Below, in pieces: positions 38,735-51,411 of a stretch of DNA of 64,000 bases (position 1 is the stretch's first letter; the number at the start of each line of letters is the position of its first letter). Location of the stretch: the NCBI RefSeq assembly GCF_018350175.1, contig NC_058368.1, positions 5,518,001-5,582,000 of the forward strand. The letters are read 5' to 3'. Origin of the DNA: Felis catus. Taxonomy: Eukaryota. The translations under genes and the position numbers were made by a program. The notes beneath the pieces are model-generated. The model was not told the origin of the DNA. It saw only the letters and a list, made by a program, of their open reading frames with translations, and did no database searches.

Positions 38735-39497
38735 AGGAACAAACAACAATGAACTATATCCTGGCGACTACTATGCGTTGGTATGAAAATGGAAAATAAA
38801 CGTTCCTGGACTCCTCTTGCTGTTTCCGTTCCCGAGTATATTTTGAGTCTATAAAAGCTGGGTGCATTTTGTGTATGCTGCCTTTTTTGTTGTTGCTGTT
38901 GGAGAGACTTGCCAGAGAAACTTACCCAAAAAGGCAATGCTGTGAAAAATTTCCTTGCTATTTGATAGGTCATGGTAAAGGCCACTGGTATCTCTCTTGT
39001 TCTTGATCTGTGCATAATATCATTAGCTGATGGGAAATACGCACTTGGCTTGATAATTCTTGCTGGAAATTTTAAAAGCTCACATTAAATAGTCCTAATA
39101 TGTTGTTGCATTAACCCCAAAAGGATCTGAAAATATTGATGGAATACTCACTATAGGGAAGTTAAATAGCCACCATGGATTTTTCCTCCCACCTAAATGA
39201 CACCAAGCAGATGGCTGTTGTTTTCACACTGGTCTTGGGGGCCCGTCTTTGTGGCAGTGCTTCCCAGAACGAGCACTGCCGTGTACTTACAGGAACCACG
39301 TATCCGATGGAAAATGGAACCACGAATGCGATGGAAGTACCCGGGGTGCCTCCCAGAGGCGTTCTCACGGGATACCTCTGCCTGCGTCACTCTCCCCCTG
39401 GAGCTATGGCCGGTGCCATGGTTCACCTGACTCTAGCTGGAGTCCGTGCAGACAGGAGTCACGATTGGTCCTCTGCGTCTCCTTTGGCTCCTGCTTG

Positions 39498-39693
39498 TTA
39501 AATTTTTTTTAATGTTTATTTTTGAGAGAAAGAGAGGGGGAGGCAGAGAGGGAGGGAGACACAGAATCCAAAGCAGGCTCCAGGCTCTGAGCTGTCAGCA
39601 AAGAGCTGGACGTGGGGCTTGAACCTATGAACCAAGAGATCATGACCTGAGCTGAAGCTGGACGCTCAACCGACTGAGCCACCCAGGGGCCCC
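39498..39693 (-). mobile_element. Can-SINE
   Basis: Antisense; CTCCTGCTT occurs on both flanks. Confidence 0.9.
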
Positions 39694-41679
39694 TTTTTCT
39701 CCTGCTTCTATAGCATCTGTCACAACATTAATCTCACAACATTAAGTCATATCTGCCTACGTCAAGAAATGCTAATCAATGGTTTCTGAACAATAAGCGT
39801 AAATGGGAAAAAAAAAAAAACCTAAATTCTACTCAAACCAACTAAGGCTTTAATGTTGCTAATTAAGTTAGTAGAGTGAATTCTAAAGAATAACATTGAA
39901 ATAATAATTAAAATCCAGTTTTTCTGCCTACAATGAGTCAGAAAAGATTTAATTTAAGTATTAATTAAAATACATATTACTTAAAAATGAAGTTAGATAT
40001 ATTGGAGGAATAATAAGACAAGTCTCACTCTAAAAGTCAATGTGAATAAATAGACCTACCCCATTCTTGGACTAGGAAGAAACATGTGCACACGGAGACG
40101 TACACATACATTTTTACACAAAAAAGCATCAAAACAAACAAGGAAATGGCTAAAGATCATAAGAAACTACATGATAAAATAGCCTGGACATCTTGAAAAT
40201 AAAAATATTAAGAGGATTTGTCAAGCTGGATGTTACACATAGTACAAAGGTGTAACAGTAAAAGCAGTTTGGGGCTGTGCATGGACAGATCAATAGAACC
40301 AAGTGGAAAACACAACAACTAATCCAAATACAGCTGGATCTTTTGTTTATGATTAAACTAGCATTTGAATTGAGTGGGTAAAAGATATTTTACATCAATG
40401 GTGAAGGGCAACAGAGGCCACTTGGAGAAAATATTACATTGGATTCATAATTCTTTACTCTTAACACCAAAATTAATTACAAATGGATTTGAGGTTCATG
40501 CGGTGAAAAGGTAATGCATTCCCATGGTTTCCAAACTTGAAAACCCCACTGAAAATTAAGCATCCTAAAATGGGCTATGTCTGGCTCTGTCCACGTCATT
40601 GTCCCCTTCCCTGTAGAGGTTTCCCTGATACCTCCTTTCAGCATTTGTTTATCCAGACACCAGCCTGTGTGATTATTTGCCTTGTGCGTTTCTTTCATAC
40701 GCAAAAGATTGCATTCTAGAGACCTGTTCTGCCCTTTGTTTTGTGCCATAACAGTATATCCTGGGGTCTTTCCACGTCAGTGCTAGAGGGCCTCCTCATT
40801 CTTCTTGAAGTTGCAGATTATTCAGTTAGATAAATAGTTTACTTAACTAGTCCCCTATTGATGGACACTTGGGTTATTTCCAACCTCAACATTTTCCTTC
40901 AACAAATTATGCTCCAGTGTTGGATAAATTCCCAGAAGTGGGACTTCCATGTCAAAGGGTAAATGCATTAATAATTTTGATAAGTATTGCCATTTCCCCT
41001 CTTTCTTTTACATTTCTAGGAGTTCTTTATATATTATCGGGGCGAGATTAAGCTCATTGTCAGGGGCATGAGTTGCAAGCATTTTACTTTTCATTATAGT
41101 AAAAGATTGGGATCATCCCAAACTGTTCATTGCAGACTGGGTTCCCTGGGAAGGAGACTCAGATGGAGTTTAGCATGAGGGATTTTGTGCCCTTGAGGTC
41201 AACATCTGTCAATGGGAGGGAATGGAATCATGAAGAAGCTACGGGTCAGGTAAATGAATGAGACCCTATGTCAGACGACTGGCCGGGGGCCAAAGCCAGG
41301 GTGAGAATGCATTTTCCTGCTCTTGCTATAGCAAAATTGCAGACTGCTTCTTCCAAGGAGAGCATCCTCAAGAAGGCCGTGGCTCAGGAGAAGTGATTTC
41401 TAAAGAAATGAATGAGACTAAGCAAAGAAAAGCAAAGAAGGAAGTATTCCCTTGGAAAAGGGTATACCCGTGAGTCTGCAGAATTGCAAGTAGTTCTGAA
41501 TAGTTGAAGGTTGGGTCTAAAAGTGTCTAGAAATGCAGTGGGAGAGAAAACTGGGGTGACATCAGTTAAGCCCTGGATATATATGAGTCTTGGCATCTTA
41601 AACACAGTAGTAGTGATGTGATGATAGTGGCATTTCTGAAAGATCATTCTGGTACTATTCATCTTGGTGGCTCATAGCA

Positions 41680-42150
41680 GAGCAGCAGAGGATAGTTTCC
41701 AAAGATGGCTACCTCAATATGTCTTTTAAGTCCCATGCTCTTCATGCAAAGTGCTTCTGACACTTTTCTACTGAGCGGTGGTGTTGTGTTCCCTTCCCTT
41801 GAGTCTGGAAGGACCTTTGTAACAGCTTCAAGCAATAGGCACCAAGTGACTTCCAAGGGTTGGTTCCATTGGAACGCAGCTGACCTGTTGTGGGAAGACC
41901 AAGCCAGGTGCAGAAGGCACATGAAGCTTTCTGGCCAACAGCCTTTCTGAGGTCTCAGCTGCCAGCCGTGTGAGCACACAGACTTCAAAGAACTCCAGAC
42001 CCCAGTCTTCTAGCTGACACCAGTGAAGCAGAGATGTGTGATGCCTGCTGAGCCCTGCCCAGTTCTAGATGTGTGAGCAAAATCAATGGTGTCATTGTTT
42101 TGAACCACTAAGTTTGGGATGAAGGGAGTAACTTGTTAAGTAACCATAAT
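41680..42150. mobile_element. MaLR MLT1-type solo LTR relic
   Basis: CAAAGATGGCTACC...CCCTTCCCTTGAGTCTGG...GTGACTTCCAAGG...GAGCCCTGCCC...GTGAGCAAAAT...CCACTAAGTTTGGG are characteristic MLT1 motifs. Confidence 0.7.
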
Positions 42151-42362
42151 CCCCAGAAATATTTAGGCTGATTTTGGTTTCAAGCAAATTAACTAATGTC
42201 CCATCAGGCCAACGGGTTTCTTTATCTTTTGGGTCATGTTCCTTTGAGCCAGTCACTTTTGGAGATGCAGAAGAGTGTTTCGCGTAGAATGTAAATATTA
42301 CTGAAAAGAAACGTAGTTTCAAAGGACTTGTCACCATGAAGTTTAATAATTAGGCACCAAGC

Positions 42363-42462
42363 CTGCTTCCGATTCTGTGTCTCCCTCTCTCTCTGCCCCT
42401 CCCCCGTTCATGCTCTGTCTTTCTCTGTCCCAAAAATAAATAAACGTTGAAAAAAAAATTTA
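42363..42462 (+). mobile_element. 5'-truncated young SINEC_Fc-type SINE
   Basis: Only the 3' half is present; perfect 18-bp repeat AATAATTAGGCACCAAGC at 42345-42362 and 42463-42480. Confidence 0.92.
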
Positions 42463-45329
42463 AATAATTAGGCACCAAGCACACTGTTCAATGCCGTTCG
42501 CGCGATCTATTCTCCCTCTCCCGGTATTCTTTTCTCCTGGACTAAACTACTAATTTGCCAATGACACTAGTTTGCTGATGACAGCAACTACTGGTTTGCT
42601 GATGACAGGAAAGTATCAGATTTTCCTCTTGCCATACAAGTGTATGCAGTGGTCAAAATTCATAGAGCTGTACGCTGAAAAGGGTGAATTTTACTGCACG
42701 CAAGTTATATCTTTAATACATATCATAAAGTATATCTTAATAAGCAGATATTCTAGTAATTGCTCCTAGATGTTTGAATCGGGCCTAGTGCCACATCTGC
42801 CAGAAAGGTCTTTTGTTTCTATCGAACTTCTCCCTTTCCTTCCCTTCTCCATTCCACCACCCCTCCCCCCATTACATCCTCTCTCTCATGATCCCACACT
42901 TTCTTAGAGTTTAGTTGTGGGGTAGGCCTGCTAAGGGTGATTCATGCATCCATGCCCAAGTTTTAATTCGACAAATAGGGCTGTGATCAAAGTATTGGTT
43001 CTGTATGGTAGAGGCTTGGGAACATTTGACAAAGCTAAACTTAGTTCTCCGCTGAGACAGCCAAAGCCTGGAGACATCATGCATGCACTTTCTGTATGCA
43101 TAGGAAGTTTTCTCCCACTCTGTTTTCTCATTCCTGAGAGGCTAGATGGCTCAAAGGTGTTGGGGCAGGAGTTTATTTAGGTATCATTGGGCTGTCAGAG
43201 CCTCCTATCCCTCATTATTTTTGAGTTGTAAGAATATAGTTAAAATGCTTGTGTTTCTGTACATTTCCTTAGCCTTCAAATATGAATATTACAGTAAATC
43301 ATAAACCAGAATTCAAAAATGCAAACACCTTCTGTGCCCACATTTAGTATATTTAGTCAATTTCTTTTCCATACCCACTCAATGACAGCTGAAGGAATTT
43401 CTTTAGGATGACAGATTGTCAGCACATTGACATAGATTGTGTTAGATGTATATTTTTAGTGGGAACGAATGATTTTTAAGTGAGCTTTTCTCAGAAATAT
43501 AATAATAGGGAGGAGAATTGTTATTCCATGTGTCAAGCCTATAGAATTTTTTTTTCTTGCCGGTTATAACGGTCAACCTAAAGAGTAGTTATTAACAAGT
43601 ATTTTACAACATAAAGAGGAAAATCGTAGCTTGCTAAAAACCATTCTCACATTTACTAGAATAGACGCATGAGTAAATAGGAAAGAAAGTTCTCTTTAGA
43701 GAAAAAATAATTTTAAAATAGTTTAGAATTGTTTCTTGTTCTTTATTATATTTCGCTACTTAGATAACATTTGGGAAAAGGGACCGATCAAAACTTGCCA
43801 CATGGAAAGGGCATTTCTTTACATTTACTTGTGAAATTGAACTAAAATTCGGAGTGTAAGAACTATGATCTCTGAATGAGATCCTGATTTCTTATGAATA
43901 CTTTCCTGGAATCAGAGGCTAAATTGTGTGGTTATGACCTAGTTACTACCTGGAGGTACTACAGATTGTTCAATCAGAAGGCCGTGTGTTGCTTTCTGCC
44001 TCTGAACATTTGGGACCATCCCTTTCCTGTGTATGAGCCCTGGGGAATTGAGATAGGCGAGCGGGATACATGTTAAATCACTTTTCATGTAAGGAATGCC
44101 CACGTGGCTTCCCAGAGGACGAAATTAGGCAAGGACCTAATGGGGAAGAGCTGTTCTCAGACTGGGAGAATAGGCCTGGCTTCCTAAGGGACTGCCTCTC
44201 TCTTGAATCTTCAGCATTGGCCCAAAGGGGTGTGTTTCTTCATACTCACTTTGAATGGCCGTTGTATCGCACAACAACATGACCTGCCATAACTTGATTC
44301 CTTTTACTCTGGGAAGATTTTCAAGGAGAAATCTTTAAGGACACGGAACCAAGGAGGAGAGAACACCGCACGTTGTTGAAGAAAGTAAATCTTATTACAA
44401 AAGAAAGCAGTCTTAATTTTTCTCTGGAAAATAATTAACAGCTGCCAAGGGACCATCAGTCCTTCAACTGCCTACATACAGCTCGGTTTCCTTGGTGTGA
44501 TCATTAGTGGAGATTTTTCAGGCGAATCCACAGATAGCCTATGGGAAAGGTAAATCTGGTTCTATAGAACTCTAGCCCTGGGGTGGCTGATGTGCACCCC
44601 TGAGGTTTCACTTCTCCTTGTACCTGCCCCACCCCATCGTGATCCTCGGTGCCTGTCAAAACAGGAAGCCTTTTCCTACTCCCTAATGGAAGGAGGCCCC
44701 AGGGCATTATTACCACAACCAGCCACAGGGATAAAAGAGGCCTCGAGTGGTAATATAAATGTGGTGATAATAATAAATCCAAAAAGAACACAAAAATAAA
44801 ACTACTAAAACATACTCGCAAATCCAAGTGTCATTCACAGCTTCGCTTCTCACCGTAAAACTGTGCCCCTTGGCCACGTGGGGCACTTGGTCTTCGCTGG
44901 TGTCACATGCTTTGTAGGGTGAAGAGTGGTGCGGGCAGGAAGCATTTTGAAACTTGTTTGCAGTTACTGGGCCGCTGTAAATCTGCATTTAAAAGTACGA
45001 TTACCAAACATGTTTAATAACTAAGAGAAAGCTTTGTTGAGACAGGGACGGTGTTATGTACCATAAACTCAGCGATGCAAATATATGAGCGTATAAAACA
45101 GGCTAGAAGGAAAAACCCAATATATTCATATCATACTTATATTTGAGTCAGTAAATGTATGAATGATTTTTTTCTGTGTGTTTTATAGATATTTTTAAAC
45201 AAATGGTACGTTGATTTTATATGCAGAAAATGTCAATGCGTACATGTGTGAATAGATGCTGTAACGATGGGGTTTAGGAAAAAGACAACTAGAGGTTACA
45301 GTTGACATGTGTATTGAAAAACCAAATCA

Positions 45330-45519
45330 GGGGCGCCTAGGTGGATCAGTCAGGTAAGCATCCGACTCTTGATTTCAGCTCAGGTCATGATCTCGCGGTT
45401 TCGTGGGTTCAGACCGCGCGTCAGGCTGTGCACTGACAGCGTGGAGACTGCTTGGGATTCTGTCTCCCTCTCTCTCTGCCCTGCCCCCGTGTGCGCACTC
45501 AGGCTCTCTCCCTCCCTCG

Positions 45520-45520
<1 letters not shown>
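45330..45520 (+). mobile_element. Can-SINE whose tail is replaced by (AGAT)n
   Basis: SINE head GGGGCGCCTAGGTGG; the body ends at the tetranucleotide repeat. Confidence 0.9.

Positions 45521-45572
<52 letters not shown>
45521..45572. repeat. (AGAT)13 tetranucleotide STR
   Basis: Read directly from the sequence. Confidence 0.95.
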
Positions 45573-45574
<2 letters not shown>

Positions 45575-45799
45575 AATCACCCCAAAAACCCCAGAAACAA
45601 AAGTTAGGCCATTGCAACAAAAATCAGGATATAGGCAAAGCATTACTTAGGGAATCTTACATTCTTATGATACCTTTTGCTGCCAGTAGTACGTATTCCT
45701 TGCAAATGGTTCTCCCTGAAAGACAAATACCGTTAAGAAGCTTTCCAAAGTGGCACTCAGCTTGGCAGGGTTTCATGAACTCTCTCTTGAAGCATCTTA

Positions 45800-46021
45800 T
45801 TTTTAAAAAATTTTTTTTTAACATTTACTATTGAGAGAAAGAGAGCATGAGCAGGGGGGAGGCAAAGAGAGGAAGAGACACCGAATCCGAAGCGGGCTCC
45901 AGGCTCTGAGCTGTCAGCACAGAGCCCGACACGGGGCTCGAACTCACAAACCGCGAGATCGTGACCTGAGCCGAAGTCGGACGCTTAACCGACTGAGCCA
46001 CCCAGGCGCCCCCCCCCCCCC
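45800..46021 (-). mobile_element. Can-SINE
   Basis: TSD TCTCTTGAAGC(A/G)TCTTA at 45783-45799 and 46023-46039; the head G-run is expanded to 13. Confidence 0.92.
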
Positions 46022-47402
46022 ATCTCTTGAAGCGTCTTAGTGGACATTAGGTAGTTCATACCTCTGCATGAGCTGAGTTCTGAACACACCCAAATAATTA
46101 TCCAAACTTCTATGATGCAGGATAAACAAAACAGCTCTGTGGTAAAATTAAAATCTGTTTCAATCACGAATTTCATCTTTTACTTTTTTGAGTTTGAGGT
46201 ACTGTGCTCATCAGAAATGGACATTGTACCCCAGAACAGCTTCGTTCCCACTGCAGTCAGAAGGGCTGTATTTTATTGAGTTCTTCTATATTAATTTGTT
46301 CCTTTTTGGTTTAAAAATGTGTACGTAACAAGTTATACTTGAACGATAATTGATCATAGTAATTGGAGTGTCTAAGAGAAGTTTTAGTCCAAATAAAGCT
46401 TTGCCTTAACTAACATGAAGGAAACGATTTCCTCAGCAACTATACAGACTATCGTGTCAGGTGCATATGCATTTTTTTTTTTTTTTTTTTAGGAATTTGA
46501 TGTAGAGGTTGTCTTATGACTATAGATTTTATTCAATTTAGGTTCTGTTTTATATGTCTTTAAGTTTTGGAGGGGCCGAGCTAGTTTTATTTGACGGCAT
46601 GACTTAATGGGTGGAGTTTGCAAGGGCTCTTCAGCTGTTGCGATGCTACTCACAATGGCACTGTCTTGAAGTGTTAGTATTGTTAAACATTCCGTGCTGA
46701 ATTCGTAAAAAATTAAAGGTCTTGACACTTAATTACATTCAAAAGGGGAAAACAGTGTCGCATTCGCAGACTGACCCCGTTGAAGTGTGAGTGGTTATCG
46801 ATGGGCACGGTGCCTTGGTAAATCGGTCCCGTGTAGAGACAAATGAGTCGGAGGTGCGTAGATGGTTTATGTAGATTGGATCTGTATCCAGTAAAAACAG
46901 ATCCCTTTTGGTGTTCCACGGTTCATTTTATTTCAAGAATTCTTTAAAACCTGTGCTACTTTCCCGGTCTAATTTTGCCCAGACCAGGACACCCTCAGCA
47001 CGAGGTGCTTTCACCCTTAGGCATCTCCAGTTGATGTACAGTGACTCATGTCCGCCATGTGTCACGTAATGAGCTCCCAGACTGCTCTCAAACCGTGTTT
47101 GTTTCATTTGACCCACAAGAAATAGTAGTGATTCTACTGTGAAGATACTTATCACAAAATGATGAGCGATTCACGTAACTCTGAAACTCCCTCAGGGAAA
47201 CATCTATTATTTGTGGAAAATGTCACCTCGCTCTCTAAGAACTTCCTCAGCTTTCTGTGTATGTTTTGGGGCGAGGTGAAGAACACAGCGGGAGGTATCT
47301 ACACTTGGCGATTCTGTGCACACGCATCAAGCAGTCACAGGCTTCCGTGTAACTTTTGTCCACCTGGCTCACGGAAGGTAAAGGTTTCTTTTCATAGACG
47401 CG

Positions 47403-47403
47403 G

Positions 47404-47441
<38 letters not shown>
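47403..47441. repeat. (GTT)13 trinucleotide repeat
   Basis: Read directly from the sequence. Confidence 0.95.
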
Positions 47442-47442
<1 letters not shown>

Positions 47443-48229
47443 TTGATAACTGAGTGTCCAGTCCTTAGTAGGGAAAGAGTATTTCAAGCAGTTTTAAATA
47501 CTTAGAAAATAATATCGCATTTCTGTGCAGTACCTCGGGACTTGGAAGGGGTATTTTAAAGGCTGGTCTTGAGAAGGAGGAGGCTAGGAGGCATGGCTTC
47601 CGACCCAAATTCCAGTTGTGTACCCTCTCTTCCCTTCAGTGTCCTGTTATAAAATGGAACTTAATCAACCTCTCAGGATAGTCGTGGCAGTTCAGTGGTA
47701 ATAGCAGATGAGCTCCATCCAGAGCCTAAGTGCCTAAATGCACTCCCCTCCTAACCGGTCATTTTGGAGGCTAATTATTTGGGAGTATAACAGAAGTTCA
47801 TCGCTGGAAAACAGTTTTAAACGAGTCTGCCTCATCGAAGGGTCGGTACGGGGAAGCGGGAGCCAGCACGGAGGAATCCGTGTGTGTTGCTCCCGACCGC
47901 AAGTATATTCAGAAGGACGCGGGACTTTTTCTCAGAATGGATTTGTAAGGACTCGTTTCGACGCCAGCTCTCCAGTTTGAGAATTCCAACTGCTCTTGCT
48001 GGTGGCAGAGGAAGCCGTTTTCGGGCACACAAGGGAGCTCTTCAGTGGTCTATCACCACCCTTGTCCTTTGATCTAGGAAAGCGAAACAGTGACTCTTCT
48101 TCCCGAATAAGTCGTTTGGACATTTCCAACAGAGCCTCCGGAACCTTAGGAAAATGTAATACGTTTCCTAAAGGAAGTTAAAAAGGTGCAGTGTTGTCTG
48201 ATGACTCGATATATTCTCTAGTAATTATA

Positions 48230-48455
48230 GTCACAATAGTAGCTGGCACTTACTGAACCATTTCATGTGCTATCCACTGCTGCAAGTGCTTTGCACATAT
48301 TATTTAACACCCACCAACCCCTGTTAGACGTTTCCTACCACTGTGTCCTTTTACATGGGGAAACCGAGGGTCGCACAGGTTAAGTAACTTGTTTGTGGTC
48401 AAACAGCGGCCGAGCCAACGTTTTAAACCAGCCATTCTGATTCTGGAGCACTAAC
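48230..48455 (-). mobile_element. MIR relic
   Basis: TTTTACATGGGGAAACCGAGG...AGGTTAAGTAACTTG...GGTCA antisense MIR core. Confidence 0.7.
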
Positions 48456-50244
48456 TCGTATCTATACCAAATATTTCTGGATGCAGTGGGAATGAGGACC
48501 GGGTATCTGCCCTGACCTGGTCAGGACGAAGCTCCGGTAGGTTATTGACTAAAGAGAAGGGTAATAAACACAGTAGATAAACCCAGGTACCTGATAACAA
48601 GGTCTCAAATTGAATCACAGGCCAGTCCTAAGAAGTCAAACAAGAGATGCACTGGACATTATCACACAGTCACTTGAATCAGGTCTTGGTGTCTAATATC
48701 TTCTGTCCAGTTATTTTCAATATGGTTTAAGGTACAGCTCCTCATTTTGACTTTAGAGGGGTTGTACAGAAGGTTTCTGAACACCTGGACGCACTCTGTG
48801 GATTTTTTCCCCTAAAAACTTATCCCCGGGGAAGAGATTGCTGAGCTGAGGAGCTGGGCGTCTCACAAAGAATGTATCTTAATGCTACGAAATAGTGCCC
48901 CAGCTGTCACAATGGTTTGTGCTTTTCCGTCTGTAAGCCGTGCTGTGCCTGCCTCCCCGTCTCCATCTATGCTGGAAAAATTTCACCTTCATGAAATTGT
49001 CAGCAAGCAACAGCAAGAATAACCATAGAGTGTTATGGTTGTGGTTTCTGCAGCCACAGGGGCTCATGATGCTAAGAGTTTTCCATAAAAACTGTAAGTT
49101 GCCCAAATCCGTGTTGATCCCGGGCACAAGCAGCAGAAAGCATCTCTAAGGGCCAAGAATTGCTGAGATTTTGACCCTGGGCAAAACTGTTCTTCCATTC
49201 AGCTGTGGAACCTAAAGCTGAGCCCTAATCTTGCTTGGTTTTCTGATGTCTGTCTATGCCAGCACATTGGGCTGTTGTCTCCATAAGATACATGTAGTTA
49301 CCACCAGGCAAGAGAGCTGCCTTATGGGAAGAGAATTCTAATTTGTTGGGTGGAGATTTCGCCTCTCTGGTTGCATCTCTGGGCAGTGGGCTACTTTCCT
49401 AGGTTCATGTGGAATCTGTGCTCCCTCTTCTGGGTTGGCTGTGGAGCCCAGGCCATCTCTCTCACAGACGTCTTCCATGTCTGGTAGGCTGTCCAGACAC
49501 GCTCACCTAGAACGGGTTAGTGTTCTGAGCCCAATAAAAATCCCCTTGTTTCTCAGTTTCAGGCCAAATTCTTTAATGCTTCAGTACTGTTCCATCATTC
49601 TCCCTTAACGGCTAAACACCTAACTCTCTTGGAAGCTCACACGGGTAAACTTTACCCAGTGCTGCTCTTAAAATCTACCTCCCACGTCCCTGTCTGTGGG
49701 TGGGACTCTGGCAAAGATAGCAAACAGTTCCAGAATGATCAGAGATGAGTTGCTTCTGGATATTCTTCCTTCGCCTTGCTAGAGTACTTGGATCGGCCAT
49801 CGGGAAATTTTTTTAGAAAACGCTTTGAAACTCAATTAAGTGGCCGGACATGAACAAATGTCAAGCTTTGGCCATTTAAATATTCACGGCACTATCCACG
49901 TGGTGACCTGCATTAATTACACGTTCATTCTTGAGATAACAGAACTTGCGAAACTTCTGCCTTGCATGAGAGACACTTCCCATTATTAAAAATAAGCATA
50001 CATCATTTGAGAACTTGTCTTCACAAATGTACGCAATGGATAAGGGCAGTGAAACGAAACCAGTGACCAACATTCAGTACCTGCGGCACAGTCTCGATAG
50101 TGGCAACTTCCTGGAGACCTCGTAGCCCAGAAGCCGTGACCTCTATCCTGTTCCTCCGGGAGTAGGCAAAGGTGACGGGAGACAGGGTGACTGACTGTGC
50201 TTGAGAACTTTTTCTCAAGTCAGATTGAAAACAGCATATTGGGA

Positions 50245-50500
50245 AGGAAAAAGAAGGCACAGAGAGGGAGACAAACCATAAGAGACTCTTAACTACAGAG
50301 AACAAACTGAGGGTTGCTGGAGGGAGGTGGGTGGGGGGATGGGCTAAATGGGGGATGGGCATTAAGGAGGGCACTTGGCTGGGATGAGCCCTGGGTGCTA
50401 CATGTAAGCCATGAATCCCCGGGTTCTACTCCTGAAGCCAAGACTAGCCTGCATGTTAACTCACTTGAACCTAAAAAGAAGGGAAAAGAAAACAACATGA
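50245..50500 (+). mobile_element. Carnivore L1 3'UTR fragment
   Basis: GGAGACAAACCATAAGAGACTCTTAACTACAGAGAACAAACTGAGGGTTGCTGG..., the reverse complement of the 3'UTR seen at 23700-23880. Confidence 0.88.
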
Positions 50501-50699
50501 AAGAAAACAGACTGGGAAGCAATAGAAAATGTTACCCCTGGAATTCTGTGACCCAGAGCGGGCCGGTTGTGATTTTATTTGTCAAATAGAACGCCTGGAG
50601 GCTAGACACTAATTGAGCAATCAGTAAATCTGAAGCTCGGCTTGTTTTTAATTTTGTCATAAAAGTGAACGTCTAATCTTCCACAGGGAAATTTTGTCT

Positions 50700-50726
50700 C
50701 CCCCCCCCCCCCCCCCCCCCCCCCCC
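50700..50726. repeat. C27 homopolymer
   Basis: Read directly from the sequence. Confidence 0.9.
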
Positions 50727-51247
50727 GTGTGAGGAAGAAAAGTGAGGTTGTGTTTCCCTTTCGTTCCGTGTGTGCTTTCAGTGGTTACTTCCTTACCAAT
50801 TGTGCGGGCTGTTATAACCATATAGTATGAACTATTATACGACATGATGAAATACATGTGTGGAAAGTCAGGGAGCTGTGTTGCTTTCATGAAAATTAAT
50901 TTGTATGTTTTGGAAAGACTCACAGGTGAGGGTTTTTGTTTTTGTCTTTTTGTGGTTTTTTGTTTGTTTGTTTTTTGCTAATTACTAAGACAACTGAAAA
51001 AATTGGTGAGTTTTGTTTTTTTAAAGTCACAGAAGATTTACACTCCAGTTGCCTCTCAAGTTTTCCCTTTACTTAAGAAGCTCCGAAACTGGGCATCTTG
51101 TAATTGAATGCTATTGATCGGTTGTAGTATCTCCATGTGATGGACAAAACGGAACTTGAAGCAGGAGAGCCTGTGAAATCAAGTTTCGGTGAAGGCATTT
51201 ACATTTCTGTATTCAAAGTGAAATATTTATTTACCAGGTTTGACTAC

Positions 51248-51411
51248 TTTTTTTTGAAGTTATTTATTTACTTAGAGAGAGAATCCCAAGCAGACTTTCC
51301 ATTGTAGCGTGGAGCCCGACACAGGGCTCGAACTCACGAACTGTGAGATCATATTACCTGAGCCAAAATCAAGAGTCAGATGCTTAAATGACAGAGCCAC
51401 CCACGAGCCTC
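51248..51411 (-). mobile_element. Can-SINE (internally deleted, older)
   Basis: GAGAATCCCAAGCAG...GGGCTCGAACTCACGAACTGTGAGATC...GAGCCACCC. Confidence 0.85.

Noticed and set aside
39292..39339. 24-bp tandem duplication GGAACCACG.AT.CGATGGAA
   Set aside because: Only two diverged copies, an ordinary slippage duplication. Similar trivial cases occur near 3750, 39720 and 42571.
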